This document shows positions 11,577 to 24,400 of a DNA stretch of 64,000 bases, piece after piece (position 1 is the stretch's first letter; every line of letters begins with the position of its first letter). The notes beneath the pieces were generated by a model that was not told the DNA's origin, did no database searches, and worked only from the letters and a program-made list of their open reading frames with translations. The stretch is from Hemiscyllium ocellatum (taxonomy: Eukaryota). Location: NCBI RefSeq assembly GCF_020745735.1, contig NC_083435.1:37039090-37103089 (forward strand), read 5' to 3'. Position numbers and translations under genes: made by a program.

Positions 11577-12859
11577 ATCAAAGCAGACAGCATGAGAACA
11601 TCAGAGATCTTCTGACAGTGGATATTATTGTGGATTAGCTGCTCATATATAGATGTGGAAAGACAGTGAAAGAAGCCATTGCACAGTTTCTGATTAAAAC
11701 GTAATGTGACTGCGGAGGGGTCCTGACAGATGAAGCGGAAGCTGAAAAAGGAAGAGGTGAAGGGAAACTGAAGTCGAGTGCACGGGAAATGTTCGATAGT
11801 GAGAGGACTTCACCCTGATCCTGACAAGGTGAGAGCTGTAACAAAGACATGGGGATGAACTGATGTGAGAAGTGTGCAGTGTTGTGTTGGTCACATAAAC
11901 CACACCGGAAAGTTCTTGTCTAATTTGTCATGAGACTGTGAACCAATGTCCAAGCTCAGTCCTGAGGAGGGCCAGTGGTACTGGGGCAGGAACAAGAAGC
12001 AGCTTTCACTCAAACAACCAAGATCACCAACTTGTGCCCACACCAGGTGGGACGGCTTCAGGGGAAAGTGGGACAGGCTGCAAGGAGCAGTTTTGTTGAG
12101 GAATATTTTTTGTGAACTGTATATAGTAATTAAGTGTTAACTGCAGATGATAGTTGATACATTTAATGTATTTTAAACAAAAAGAGATATCATTTGTGAA
12201 ATGCAAATTTTATATTATAAACACTGACTTGCCATCATCACAGGACCACTTATGTTTTTCTTAGAGTTTCGCCAATAAAACTCAAAACCCACTGCATGAC
12301 ACAAACATCACTCACTGAGGTGTGAGTATTTGTTGTCAATGTTTTTTTCTGACAGATGTTAGCATTGGATATATGGTCTCTCGGTGTATGTGTGTGTGTG
12401 TGTGTGTCGCTGAGTATGTGTCTCTGTATGTGTGTCTCGATGTGTGTATATGTGTGTGTGTGCGTCTAGGGGGGAGTGGTGGGTGTTACAGCAGCCGAGG
12501 GAGTGGACAGGGGACCTGGAGGAGGCACTGAGCCCCGGGTCACAGAGGGGAGTGAGACAGAGCCTCAGCTGCTGACACTGACTCCCCGCCCACCTCCCCC
12601 CTCCCCCTGCTAAGCCTACCCTTTCCTCCCTCCAATAGCTGCTGGGTCACCAGTCAGTGAAGTATTCCTGATTCCCAGCAGCTGCCTGGCCCTCTCTTCA
12701 CACTCATTCAGATCCTTCCGAAAGGACGCATCCCACCACCGCTCCCCCTCCCACACCTCCCCCACCTTCCCCCACCCCAGGGAATGAACACTCCCGGACA
12801 TTATCAACCATCCAACTCTGAAACACACACATTAAATAAACATCACTTTGTACATCCTG

Positions 12860-13070
12860 AACAAAAACAGAGATTGCTGGAAAAGCTCAGCAGGTCTGGC
12901 AGCATCTGTCAAGAGAAATCAAAGAAATCAGACCAGTTCTGAGGAAGGGTCACCAGACCTGAAACGGTAACTCTGATTTCTCTGCACAGATGCTGCCAGA
13001 CCTGCTGAGCTTTTCCAGCCATTTCCATTGTTGTTTCTGATTTACAGCATGTACAGTGCTGTCGGTTTTT
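12860..13070. mobile_element. Inverted-repeat (hairpin) Penelope-like terminal fragment
   Basis: GCTGGAAAAGCTCAGCAGGTCTGGCAGCATCTG ... CAGATGCTGCCAGACCTGCTGAGCTTTTCCAGC arms. Confidence 0.6.
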
Positions 13071-13249
13071 ACTGTGTACATCCTGCTTGGTTTGGGGAAG
13101 GCTTCCTGGGGAGTTACATGGTCATAACCCCCTCCCAGTTCACACTGAACTGAAGCTCAAACCCTGCTGATTCCAAGATCCACAGTCTGCAGAGTGAATG
13201 AATTAACCCTTTCCTGTGAAATCATTAATGAAGAATTCAGACAAATCAA

Positions 13250-14005
13250 TGATCAGCAATAATTTATTGATTAGCAACTGCAATGATCAGTATCTGCAGT
13301 TAATTGTTGATGATAAATAATGACAGATGTTTGCTGCAATAAATACATGATTGTGAACAAATAAAATAAAGGAAGTTTACATAAAAGTTCACATTTGATC
13401 ACGCTGTTTACGTAAAGTGCAAAACAGATCAGTTCAGCTTAAAACAGATGAGAATAAAAATAGAAGAGTAGAAGTTAAATAATGAGAGAGATATCAATCT
13501 AACAATAAGACCGTAACAAAATTCATAGAGACTATAACATAAAAGTTAAAATTTCGTTGCATGAAGTGCAGAAATGATTCACGTCCTACAAGACAAACCT
13601 CGCTCAGAGGGAGTTCAGGACATTGCTACATTTCAGCTCAACCACTGACCCACTGAAGACAGTGAAGATGAGAAAGTGTGAGGGAGGAACCATCCGTGAA
13701 GATCCCTCTGGCGGTGACACTGCTCACATTTCTGAGACGGGATGGAAACACAACTTGAGAGGGTCCCACTTGCAGAATCAGGATCCACGTGCGGATCTGG
13801 GATCCACTGTTCAACCTGTGGAAACACATTTTCAGGAAAAGTCAATCTCAATCCTGAAACAACTTGGTGTGAGCAATGAGCTGTAATTCTGTGTGTCTGC
13901 TGTGATGTGGAAGGATGGACGTTGATGACCATGTGCACACTGAACAGGAGGATCCCATTATTCCGCAATGAAGCTCCGGGAATAACATGTAGTGGAGCTC
14001 AGGAA
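13250..14005 (-). other. Probable non-coding 3' terminal exon (3'UTR) of gene B
   Basis: Homologous to about 41.7-42.4 kb in gene A, preceded by a pyrimidine tract, with AATAAA on the minus strand at 13263-13268. The exact acceptor is uncertain. Confidence 0.4.
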
Positions 14006-14049
14006 ACCCACAAGGTCAGAAATGGACAGACATGAGGCAATCTCTTCAG

Positions 14050-14790
14050 GATGGGGAGGGGAGTGAAATTAGTCTGACAGGGTTTAACAGTGTCTGGGAG
14101 GGTGGGCCAGGGCCAGGAGGGGAGGGGAATTAGTCTGACAGGGTTTAACAGTGTCTGGGAGGGTGTGACAGGGTCAGGAGGGGAGTGAAAGTGGACTGGC
14201 AGGTTGTAACATTATCGAGGGAGTGAGACAAGGGCAGGAGATGGTTGAAATTAGTCTGTCAAGTTTTAAAGTCAGTGAGACAGGGTCAGGATGGGAGTGA
14301 AATGAGACTGACAGGGTTTAACAGTGATTAGGAGGGTGGGACAGGGACAGGAGTGGAGGGAATTAGTCTGACAGGGTTTAACACTGTCTGGGAGGGTGGG
14401 ACAGGGTCAGGAGGGGAGGGGAATTAGTCTGACAGGGTTTAACAGTGTCTGGGAGGGTGGGACAGGGTCAGGAGGGGAGAGGAATTAGTCTGACAGGGTT
14501 TATCAATGTCTGGGAGTGTGGGAAAGGGTCAGGAGGGGAGGGGAATTAGTCTGACAGGGTTTAACAGTGTCTGGGAGGGTGGGACAGGGTCAGGAGGGGA
14601 GGGGAATTAGTCTGACAGGGTTTAACAGTGACTCGGAGGGTGGGACAGGGTTGGGGGGAGGGGAATTAGTCTGACAGGGTTTAACAGTGTCTGTGAGGGT
14701 GAGGCAGGGTCGGGGGAGGGGAATTAGTCTGACAGGGTTTAACAGTGTCTGGGAGGGTGAGACAGATTCAGGAGGGGAGTGAAGAATTTC
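14050..14790 (+). repeat. G-rich 61-bp minisatellite, about 12 units
   Basis: Unit GGACAGGGTCAGGAGGGGAGGGGAATTAGTCTGACAGGGTTTAACAGTGTCTGGGAGGGTG; the 61-bp period is read directly from consecutive lines. Confidence 0.95.
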
Positions 14791-14953
14791 CAAATAAGTC
14801 TACAGACAGAAATTGACCGATCATTGACTAAATTATGAAGAAGCTGGAATACAGACGTCCAAAGCTGAGAAAATAAAACAGAAAGTTTGAAATGAAATGA
14901 AATATAAAGTTACACACTCTGAAATATTCTCTCTCACTCACTGGACCCAGGAT

Positions 14954-14973
14954 TCAATCACCCTCAGCACTGA
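14954..14973 (-). CDS. Gene B last coding exon (I)SAEGD-stop
   Basis: TTAG acceptor, phase 1, stop TGA at 14954-14956 and a GTGAGT donor after 14942. Gene A has (I)NAEGD-TAA at the same position. The polypyrimidine tract is weak. Confidence 0.5.
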
Positions 14974-17900
14974 CTAACCACATTCACACAGCACAGTGCA
15001 GAAGGAATTAAGGGTGAAGGAGTGAGGGAGAGGGAGTACGGAATGGGAAAATAGGGAGTGAGGATTGGATGGAGAGGTTGTGGGGGTTGGAGTTGAGGAA
15101 GAGAAGGATGAGAGAGTCATGAAGGATAAGAGAGTCATGAAGAACTGAACCGTGAGGAAACTGATGAGTGTCCCATCCAGGAGAATGTAACTCTACACCT
15201 TCCAATCTCTCTCCCATCATTCCCAACAGTCTGTCCCCTCAGTCACTTACTGGGAGCTGTTGTGTAGGTCCCACTTGGGGAACCTGCAGAAACAAAATAA
15301 ATGTCCATTAGAATGAGGAATAATTCATTCTCAGAGAGTGAGAACACAACAACTGTGAGGGGATGGAGATTGTGTCAGAAATCCTCATTCCCACGCTCCC
15401 CTCCATCCTTACATTTTATGGAGATTCTGGAGATCTCTCCCACCCCATTGATATTCAGTCAGTGAGGATGTAAGTGTGTGTGATGGGTTTATTGATCAAT
15501 ATTAGACCTGGTCTAGGCCAAAGGATGATCTGACAGGGAACGAGACGGGTTTATACGTTGTATATCTGTGCTGGAATTCAATCAGTTCCATTCCCCACAG
15601 TGCCCTGTACTCCCAGTACTGGAGATTCCCCCGCACTCACTCTGTCCCCTCACTTCCACATTCCCCTCTCTCTGAATCTTACCTCTCCAGGGTCTTTTCC
15701 AGATGATTATTCCGAATATTGCAGCCATTGCAGCGAATAATCCAATCAAAAGTATAAGATGGGAACGTACCACACTGTTTTCTGGGATTTCTGAAACACA
15801 TTGGAATAATATCAGGATTATCTCTGTTCCTGGATCCACTCTCGGTCTGTGTTGATTGGGGACAGTTTTAGTTTAACCCACCCATTGGGAATTGATGGAC
15901 TTGGTTCAATAAATTTTGCATTCCAGATCTCATTGATGGGATCGATGTAATAACTGCACAGAGGATGGTATCCATCACCAAGTCACCCTTTATTTATACC
16001 TGAACAGTCCTTGACTTTAGGACTGACTCTTTCAGAGTCAGGTAGCAGAGTGTCATCATCTCTGACACTTCCCTTTTTATTTGTCAGCCAGGGCTCCCTG
16101 ATTGGGGCTGGATCAATCAGAGAACTCATATTCCCTAAGGTCCTGCTGGCTAGCCTCGTTACAATCACAACTTCCCTCCCACTCTGAGTCTGAGAACATA
16201 GGCCAGCCATTTTCCTTGGAGAGCATCCTGGGGCATTTTAACACTGGGACAGCTTCCTCCATGTTCAGCAGGTAATAACGGTAGCATCGAATGCACAGGA
16301 GTTCGCCTCTTGTGCCAGGAGTGCCTTGGCAGGATTTTATTTTCTTCTTCCAGTGGCAAAGGCATCGATTTGGCTCCTTCCATCATGTCCATCTCAGATT
16401 CTAATCTCACAACAATGCTTGACAGAGATAGTGAACCCCTGGGTTCTGGCAGCCTTTCTGACTGCTCAGAGGGGCAGGGTATGTTTTGCTCCTGCATTGT
16501 TTACAAATTTCCAACTTTCAAACGGACCTTGTGCTGGTTCAGGACCATCGCACCTGCCTGACCTTTCCACATCACTGGTCCCGATCTCACATGGAGAATG
16601 CCTCTTTCCCATACAGGGCCATTTCCATCATTCTTACACCAAACCTCCTCCCCTTACTGTGATGATACTGCGACTTTAAGAGGTTATTTTGTCCTGTTTC
16701 TTTTTAAAGAGACGTTGTAAGGCTGAGATGTCGAGCTGTCTGGTTGGAAAGCCAATGAAGTAACTGGCTTACAAGGCCTTGGGTTTTTTAATGCAGGAAC
16801 AATAGAAGCAGCCTGGATGGGAGTATCCAGCTCTCGGACCGAGATTTCTAGTTTGTAGTTTTTTAGCTTTGCGATTCAGCATCAGTTACTTATGGAGTCT
16901 CAACAGGCTCGGAATTACAGTAAATGTCTCCTTGCTGCTCCTCTCTCTGAGCTTTCTCTTGAAGCTTTTCCTTCTGGCTTGCTGCAGTTACCTGTGAGAC
17001 AAATCTATTTTCTGAACTTTGCCAAGGGGTGTGTTTATGGGATGTTACTACATTGAACCATTAATTAGTAATCGGTACTGTGTCTGTTGATTTCTTAATT
17101 TTTCTGATAGATTTATGGTATTCTAAATTCGTCTTTCTTTAGTTATATTTTAATTCTACCATTTCGATAAAGTGTGTTTTGCCTAAAGCTGAGTAGTGTG
17201 ACCAATCGAATTGCATCTGGAACACAGCACTTTACATTTGCCTTTAAAATAAGATAAAGTTAGGCCCCAGGCTTCCTTCTTAAAATATTTTGCAGGGGTC
17301 TGGTCTGATCCTTAATTCCCTGTATTAAACAGTTTCTTTTATTTCGCGGAGACTTGTGTCCAGCATTGGTGTTCCTGAGGCCATTACACCCCACCCCCAC
17401 AGGTCCGGGAAGATCAGATTCAACCTGGTGCAGAGTCTTCTACCCATCAGCAACTCTGCTGGTCCCAACTCTGCTGTTGCATGTGGGGTGATCCCATAAT
17501 CAAATAAGAACCATGATACCTTGGTAACTATCAAGAGGGTCGGCTGTTTTTCAAGCCAGCCTCTAAAGTTTGGACTGCTTTTTCTGCCAGGCCATTCAAT
17601 GTTGGGTGGTATGAAGCTGTCCTTACCTGAAGAATCTCAAAACATTTTAAAAACATGACAAAATTTCTGTCTTGTAAATTGTGGTCTGTTCCTTGTGCTA
17701 CCTGGGAGGCTTTATCGTGCTACTCCAGAGGCTTTAAACTAGTAAGGGGATGACTCAAATCAAAGTAACAGTGAGTAAAGAGAAAGGGCTGAGGCTGGTA
17801 CAGCTCTAAGGGGAACAGCTCAAATCGTCAAAACAGGCAAGAGCTTGGCAGTGACCAAGGTCAGAATGATAAACTGCATTTACTGCAATGTAAGAGGTCT

Positions 17901-20900
17901 GTCAGGGAAGGCAGATGAACTTAGGGCATGGTTGGGAACATGGGACTAGGGTATCACTGCTATTACAGAGGTATAGCTAAGGGACGGACTGGATTGGTAT
18001 CTCAATGTTCCAAGGTATAGATGCTATAGGAAAGATAGAAAGGGGGGATAAGAGAGGAGGACAAGATTTTCATTCAGGATAACATTACAGCTGTACTTAG
18101 GGAGGCATACATTGGGAGATTGACCAGTGAAGTTATATTGGTGGAACTGAGAAATAAGGAGCAGATGATCACCTGGTTGAGATTGTATTATAGCCCCCAG
18201 TAGGCAGCAGGAAATTGAAAACCGAATGTGTAAGGAGATCTCATATCTGTGAGAATATTCGGATGGTAACAGTAGATTTTAATTTCCAAACATAGACTAG
18301 GGCTGTCACTGTGTTAAGGGCTTGGATTGGGAGGAAGTTGTTAAGTATGTCCAAGAAAACGTTCTTCTTCAATATGTGGATGGACCGACTGGAGAAGGAG
18401 TAATACTTGAACTTCTGTTGGGAACAATTGTAGGGCAAGTGAATGAGGTGTCCAGGGGGAGCATTGTGGTGCAAGTGATCATAACTCTATTAGTTTTAAA
18501 GTAGTGATGGAAAAGGATAGAACTGATCAAAAAGGTAAAGTTCTAAATTGGAGTAAGGCTCATTTGGACAGTATCAGACAGGAACTTGCAAAAGATGATT
18601 GGAGGGAGGCTATTTGCAGGTAAAGGGATGAATGGGAAGTGGGAAGCCTTTTAGAAGAAGATAATGAGGGTCCAGAGACAGTATATTCCTGTTAGTGTGA
18701 AGTATTACAAAGTCAAAAGCCTGTCTGTTCACTTTAAAGTAGAAAGTGTTTTCTGAAGTTTGAAGTAAACTTCAAGCGCAGGCTCAGCTGCCTGAATGGA
18801 AAGACTGGGAGACGAGCTGTTCCAAAATAGATACATGCAGCAACTGGCTGTGAAATAGATACCTGCAGTTCCCCTTACACCCAGCCCCAGACCCGAAGAA
18901 GGGTTACACCTGAAGTGTTAGCTTCTCCACCTCCTGATGCTGCCTGGCCTGCTGTGTTCTTCCAGCCTCCTGCCTGTCTACCCTGAGTTTTGCTGCTGTT
19001 TTGACACCAACGCGAATTTAACTGATTGGTTTAAATTGTGCCGAGGATACTAAAAACCCAATTGAGTTTGAGTTTATTGTTTTGTCACCAGGAAACCAAT
19101 CAAATTATAAGAATTTACTGTGTCATGGAGGCTATAAAACATGGGAGTTTTGAAAATTGGTCAGAAAGCAACTGCCATTGATCCACTGAGCAACTACCCA
19201 TCTGACATCTTGCTCTCAAAGAAATTAGAAACATTCTCTATCAAAGGTACCTTTGCATGTGAAACATCCTCGCAGTAACAAAGAAAGAAAACAACCCCCA
19301 GGGAGATCTGCAGGGGGAAGATTGAAGACACCGAAGAAGATAGAGAGTATGTGGTCTTGAGATTAGGTTAATGTAATGTTTAATAAGTGTGTTATTGGAA
19401 TAGCTTTTATTTGTAGAGTTGGGGTCAGATCATAAGAAGTTAAGAGAAGTGGGGCAAGGGGGTTTGGATATGTGAATTTTTTTTGGTTTAATGTTCACTA
19501 TCAGAGTTATTCTTTTTACGTAACAGAGGGGTTTGACCACTGCATGATAATAGAAGGACAAGGCTGATCGATGTAGGAAATGCTGTAAGACTTGAGAAAT
19601 TGAAGTTCTGGTCAAGAAAAAGAAAGAGGCATTTATCAGGTATAGACAGCAGGGATTGAGTAAATCCCAAGAAGTGTATAAGGGCAGCTGGAGTATCCTT
19701 AAGAGGGAAATCAGGAGGACAAAAAGAGAACATGAGACAGCTTTAGCAAATGCAGTTAAGGAGAATCCAAAGAGACTCTAAACGTACATTTCAGCAAAAG
19801 AGTAAATAGAGAATAGGGCACCTTAAAGATCAATGTGGCTGTCTATGTGTGGAACCATAGAGATCAGTCAGATACTAATCACATATTTTGTGTCAGTACG
19901 TATCGTGGAGAAGGACATGGAAGCTCGGGAACTTGGGAAAATAAATAGTGATGGCTTGAAAACAGTGCACATTACAGAAGAGGAGGTACTGAGGATTAAA
20001 ATGCACAATGGTAGATAAATCCCCAGGACCTGATCAGGTGGTACCCAGAATTCTGTGGGAAGCTAGGGAAGAGGTTGCTGCGTACCTAGCTCAGATGTTT
20101 GGATCATCAATAACCAAGGGAGAGGTGCCAGAAGACTGGAGGGTGGCTAATGTGGTGCCACTATTTAAGAAAGGCTGTAATGAAAAGCTAGGGAACTATA
20201 GACCAATGAGCCATACGTCAGTGGTGGGTACATAGTTGGAGGAGATTCTGAGGAATAGGACTCATATACATTTGGAAAGCAAGGACTGATTAGAGATAGT
20301 CAACATGGCTTTGTGCGTGGGAAATTGTGTCTCTATAACTTGACTGAGTTTTTTGAAGAGGTAATAAAGAAGATTGGTGAAGGTAGAGGGGTAGATGTTG
20401 TCCATATGGACTTCAGCAAAGTGTTTGACCAAGTTCTGCATGTAGACTGGTTAGTAAGGTTCGATCACATGGGACCCAGAAGAAGCTAGCTAACTGAATA
20501 TAAAACTTGGCTTCAAGGTGGGAAACAAAGGTTGGTCTAAGAGGGTTGCTTTTTGGACCGAAGCCTGTGACCAGTGGTGTGCCACAAGGATCGGTGCTGG
20601 CTCCATTGCTTTTCATCATTTATATAACTCAGTTGCAGATATGGGCGGAAAAATGGTCGATGGAGTTTAATCCAGGTAATTGTGAGGTGCTGTGCTTTGG
20701 GAGATCACATGTTAAGGAAAAGGATACAGTTAATGGCAGGACTCGGAACAGCATTGATAGACAGAAGGATCTTGAGGTTCAAGTCTATAGCTCCCTGAAA
20801 GTGATCACCCAAGTAGATACGGTGGTAAAGAAGGCGTTTGGCATCTTGCCTTCATTGGTCAGGGTCAAAGAGTGTGGCACTGGAAAAGCACAGCCAGTCA

Positions 20901-21376
20901 GGCAGCATCTGAGGTGCAGGAGAACCGATGTTTCGACCGTAAGCTCTTCATCAGGAATGAGGCTTGTGGCCCAAGATAAATGGGAGGGGGGTGGGGTGGG
21001 GTTGGGTGAGGGGAAGGCAGCTGGGAATGCAATAGGTAGATGGTGGGGGTAAAGATGATAGGTCGAAGAGGAGGGTGAAGTGGATCGGTGGGAAGGAAGA
21101 TGGACAGGTGGGACAGTTCAAGAGGGCGGTGCTGAGTTGGAAGGTTTCTTCTGGGATTTAGGTGTGGGGAGGGAAAATGAGGAAACTGGTGAAATCCACA
21201 AAGATCCCGTGTGGTTGAAGGGTCCCAAGGTGGAAGATGAGACGTTCTTCCTCCAGGTATCGGGTGGTTAGGGTTTGGCGGTGGAGGAGGCCCAGGGACG
21301 TGCATGTCCTTGGTAGAGTGAGAGGGGGAGTTAAAGTGTTCACCCACAGGGTGGGGTGTGTGTGTGCGTGTGTGCG

Positions 21377-21411
<35 letters not shown>

Positions 21412-24400
21412 CAGAGATGGCTGAACACTTTAACTTGCTTGCAAATATAAGCCCGAGATTTCAATGAAGTAATGAAACAACTGTCATTGTCTCAGGATTG
21501 GCACTCTGTGATCCCAAGAAAGATCTCGTGTTGACATGCGATGTCTCCCCACACATTTCATTGTCGAGATCCCTGGTGGAGTTCAACTAGAGTTTGGTGG
21601 CAGCCTTTACTCAGGATAATCACACTTTCTCTGACAAGTTCTAACAATATTCCATCCTCTGCCGTGAGCTGGTATCTCTGGGCCCAAACATTTTTCAATT
21701 CAAAGGATTTCAAGTGCCTTTTGGTTTCCCTCATAAATACAAGTTATTTCCGGTTTGAAGGGATTGGATCTTTCTGTGTCCAAAGCCTGATAGTCAGCTC
21801 TGATTAGGAGCTTGTCCAGAAAGTTTAATACCATTACAGACCATTCCACTGGGGGGCGCTACCAGTGGTGTATTTGCTCATGGCAGGTGGCTCAATACAT
21901 CCACATTCACTACTCAGCCTCCCAGGCAGTGTTCTGGCTTGCAATTGTAAGCACTTAGTATTAGAACCCACCATTGAAGGTGGCCCAAAATTACAGGGTG
22001 GCCCTGCCTTGTCCTCTTTAAACACACCAGGTAGTCCATGATTATCACAAATTTTAATTCATAAAGGTATTGGTGGAATGTCCTGACCCCAGATATGACC
22101 ATCAATCCTTCCTTCTGTATCTGGGTGTATTTACGTGCTGCATTGGCCAAAGCCCTAGATGTATATGCTGTTGGATGTTCCTCTCCACTGAGCCATCATG
22201 AGCTAATACGACTCCAATGCTGTGCGGGAAAACATCGCATGTCAGTACTAGGTCTTTCTTGGGATCACAGAGTGCCAATTCTTAGAGGATGACAGTTGTA
22301 TCGTTCCTTCATTGAAAGCTCGGTCTTATGTTTGCAACCATTTCCCAGGCTGATCCTTTCTGTCACGAGTTGATGTAATGGTGCCAGGACGAAGGCCAGG
22401 TTATGTACAAACCTTCCAAAATAATTTACCAGCCCAAGAAAAGACGTAATTTCCTGGACAGATGTAGGAACCAGAGCACCTTTGATCTCCCTCACTTTAT
22501 CTTCCAACAGGTGTAACCCAGAGTTGTCGAATCTGTATCCCAAGTAGATCATTTGGGATACACAATTTCCCTTCTTAGGCAAATGCCTGCCTTGGAAAAC
22601 CACCTTCGGACTATATCCAGTTCTCTGACTGCTCCTTATTAGTTTTCCCTGTTATTGGCTAATTTACCATCTAAGTAAATGGCGACCTGGGGTAGACCAT
22701 GCAAGATGTTCTCTATTGTCCACTGAAAGATCGAACAGGCTGACAATACCTCAAATGGCAGTCTTGTATCTTGGTACAATCCCTGATGGATATTAATTGT
22801 AGCATACGTCTGGGAACCTGGTCTAATCACAATTACAAGTAAGTGTGGCTCATGTCCAGCTGTGTGAAGGAGAACTCCCATCCTGCACCAACGTTGGGCA
22901 CAAATCCTGAGGGTCTGGCGATCTATTCTGCTGTCAAACGCAGTTTACACTTTGTTTAAAATCCCCACAAAGGCAAACCGACCCACTGGGCTTCAGTACC
23001 ATCCCAATCACTGCTGCCTATTCCACAAACTGGACTGGTTTGATAATTCCTTCACTTTCCGACCTTCTGGTTTCTGCCTTGACTTTTGCCCATAAGGCCA
23101 ATGGCCCTGGGCAGGCCTTACAGCATCATGGGATTGATTCCTGGTCAACATGCAAGGTGGCCTGGCTCCTCTGATAACCCCTAGATCTTCCTGGATGATC
23201 TACAGGTAATTAAATTGAATTTCACTCAAGCAGCCATTTTCTAATTGAAACATATTGAGCCATTCGGGGTGAATCTCTCACAACTGATTTCTCCCCATAA
23301 GCTCGGATTTGAAGCTTTTAACACAATCATTGGTAACTGAACCTGCTGCCTTCCATGAAATAGCAGAACTGAAGTTGTACCCCTATTCTCTGAAGCTTCC
23401 TCAGTTGAGGTTCTCAGTCTGGCCAAGATCTTGTGCAAAGTTAAGGGTTGGAGTTCAGAGTGAATCTTGTTAAAGGTTGGTTCTGTGATCACTGATACAG
23501 CTGCACTCGGATCGACCTCCATCAGAACAGAATGACCAGTTAACCAGACGTTTAAATTGGTTGGTTCTGATTTTGATGTCAGGAAGCAATTTGACTGTTC
23601 CAAACCAGATATGGACTGATTTTCCAAATTACCCTCCAGGATACCAGGCTATAAGTTATCTCACTCAGTTTAAGCCCAGTGGGGCTCTTTTGCTGTCTCA
23701 ACTCCATGTCCCAACAGAAATACAATGGCTTGATGGCCAGGATCTTGTAGAAAATTCTAACCATTTGCCGAGGCTTGGTTTGGGGTTTTGCTGTGAGCCA
23801 ACCTCAAGTCCCTCTGATCGATATGTCCTGAGTGAGGCTATGCAATTGCCTGCACTCAGGCGGTGTTCCCCAAGTTCAGTCAGATTGTCGAAGGATCCAC
23901 TTCCATTCGAATACGCTGTAATTCATGAGCTCCACTTGCTGCATTTTCCAATGATAAAGCCAGTTGTAGTGCTTGCTTGAAGTCCAGTTGGGATTCAGAC
24001 AGTAGGTGTTTTTGCATAGTTACATCATTAATTGCAACATAGTGACATCATTAATAACATCACAGTTACATCAGTAATTCCACATATAATTCTCTATGCA
24101 TCTCATTAAAGGTTAAGCCAAATTCACATGCTTCTGTCAGTCTTCTTAACCTAGTCAGGAATCCTGATGTGGATATCCCTGGTTCTTGAATTACCAAATA
24201 AAAACAATTGTGTCTCAGAATTAGAGGAAGCTTTTGCTCATAATATTCCTGAATTATCTCCATTAATTCTTGAAAGGTTTTAGTATCTCGTGCCTCAGGA
24301 AAAGCTAGGATCCCAATAACACAATAAGCTGTGGCTCCACAGGCTGTCAGGAGAATTACTTGTTCCTTTTCAGCTGCCACAATGATGTTGCCCAGACAAT

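Larger units (their letters stand above)
9640..12120 (+). mobile_element. Highly degenerate Gypsy-type LTR retrotransposon internal region
   Basis: LRVCIDPKD-like RT motif at about 10855-10890 and a VDI/VDD-like segment near 11620. Interrupted by a SINE and a Penelope insertion. Confidence 0.45.

Noticed and set aside
13623-13886. Similar plus-strand ORFs at 13623-13886 and 42043-42258
   Set aside because: The similarity reflects the duplicated 3' region of genes A and B. The ORFs are frameshifted relative to each other and antisense to the genes.
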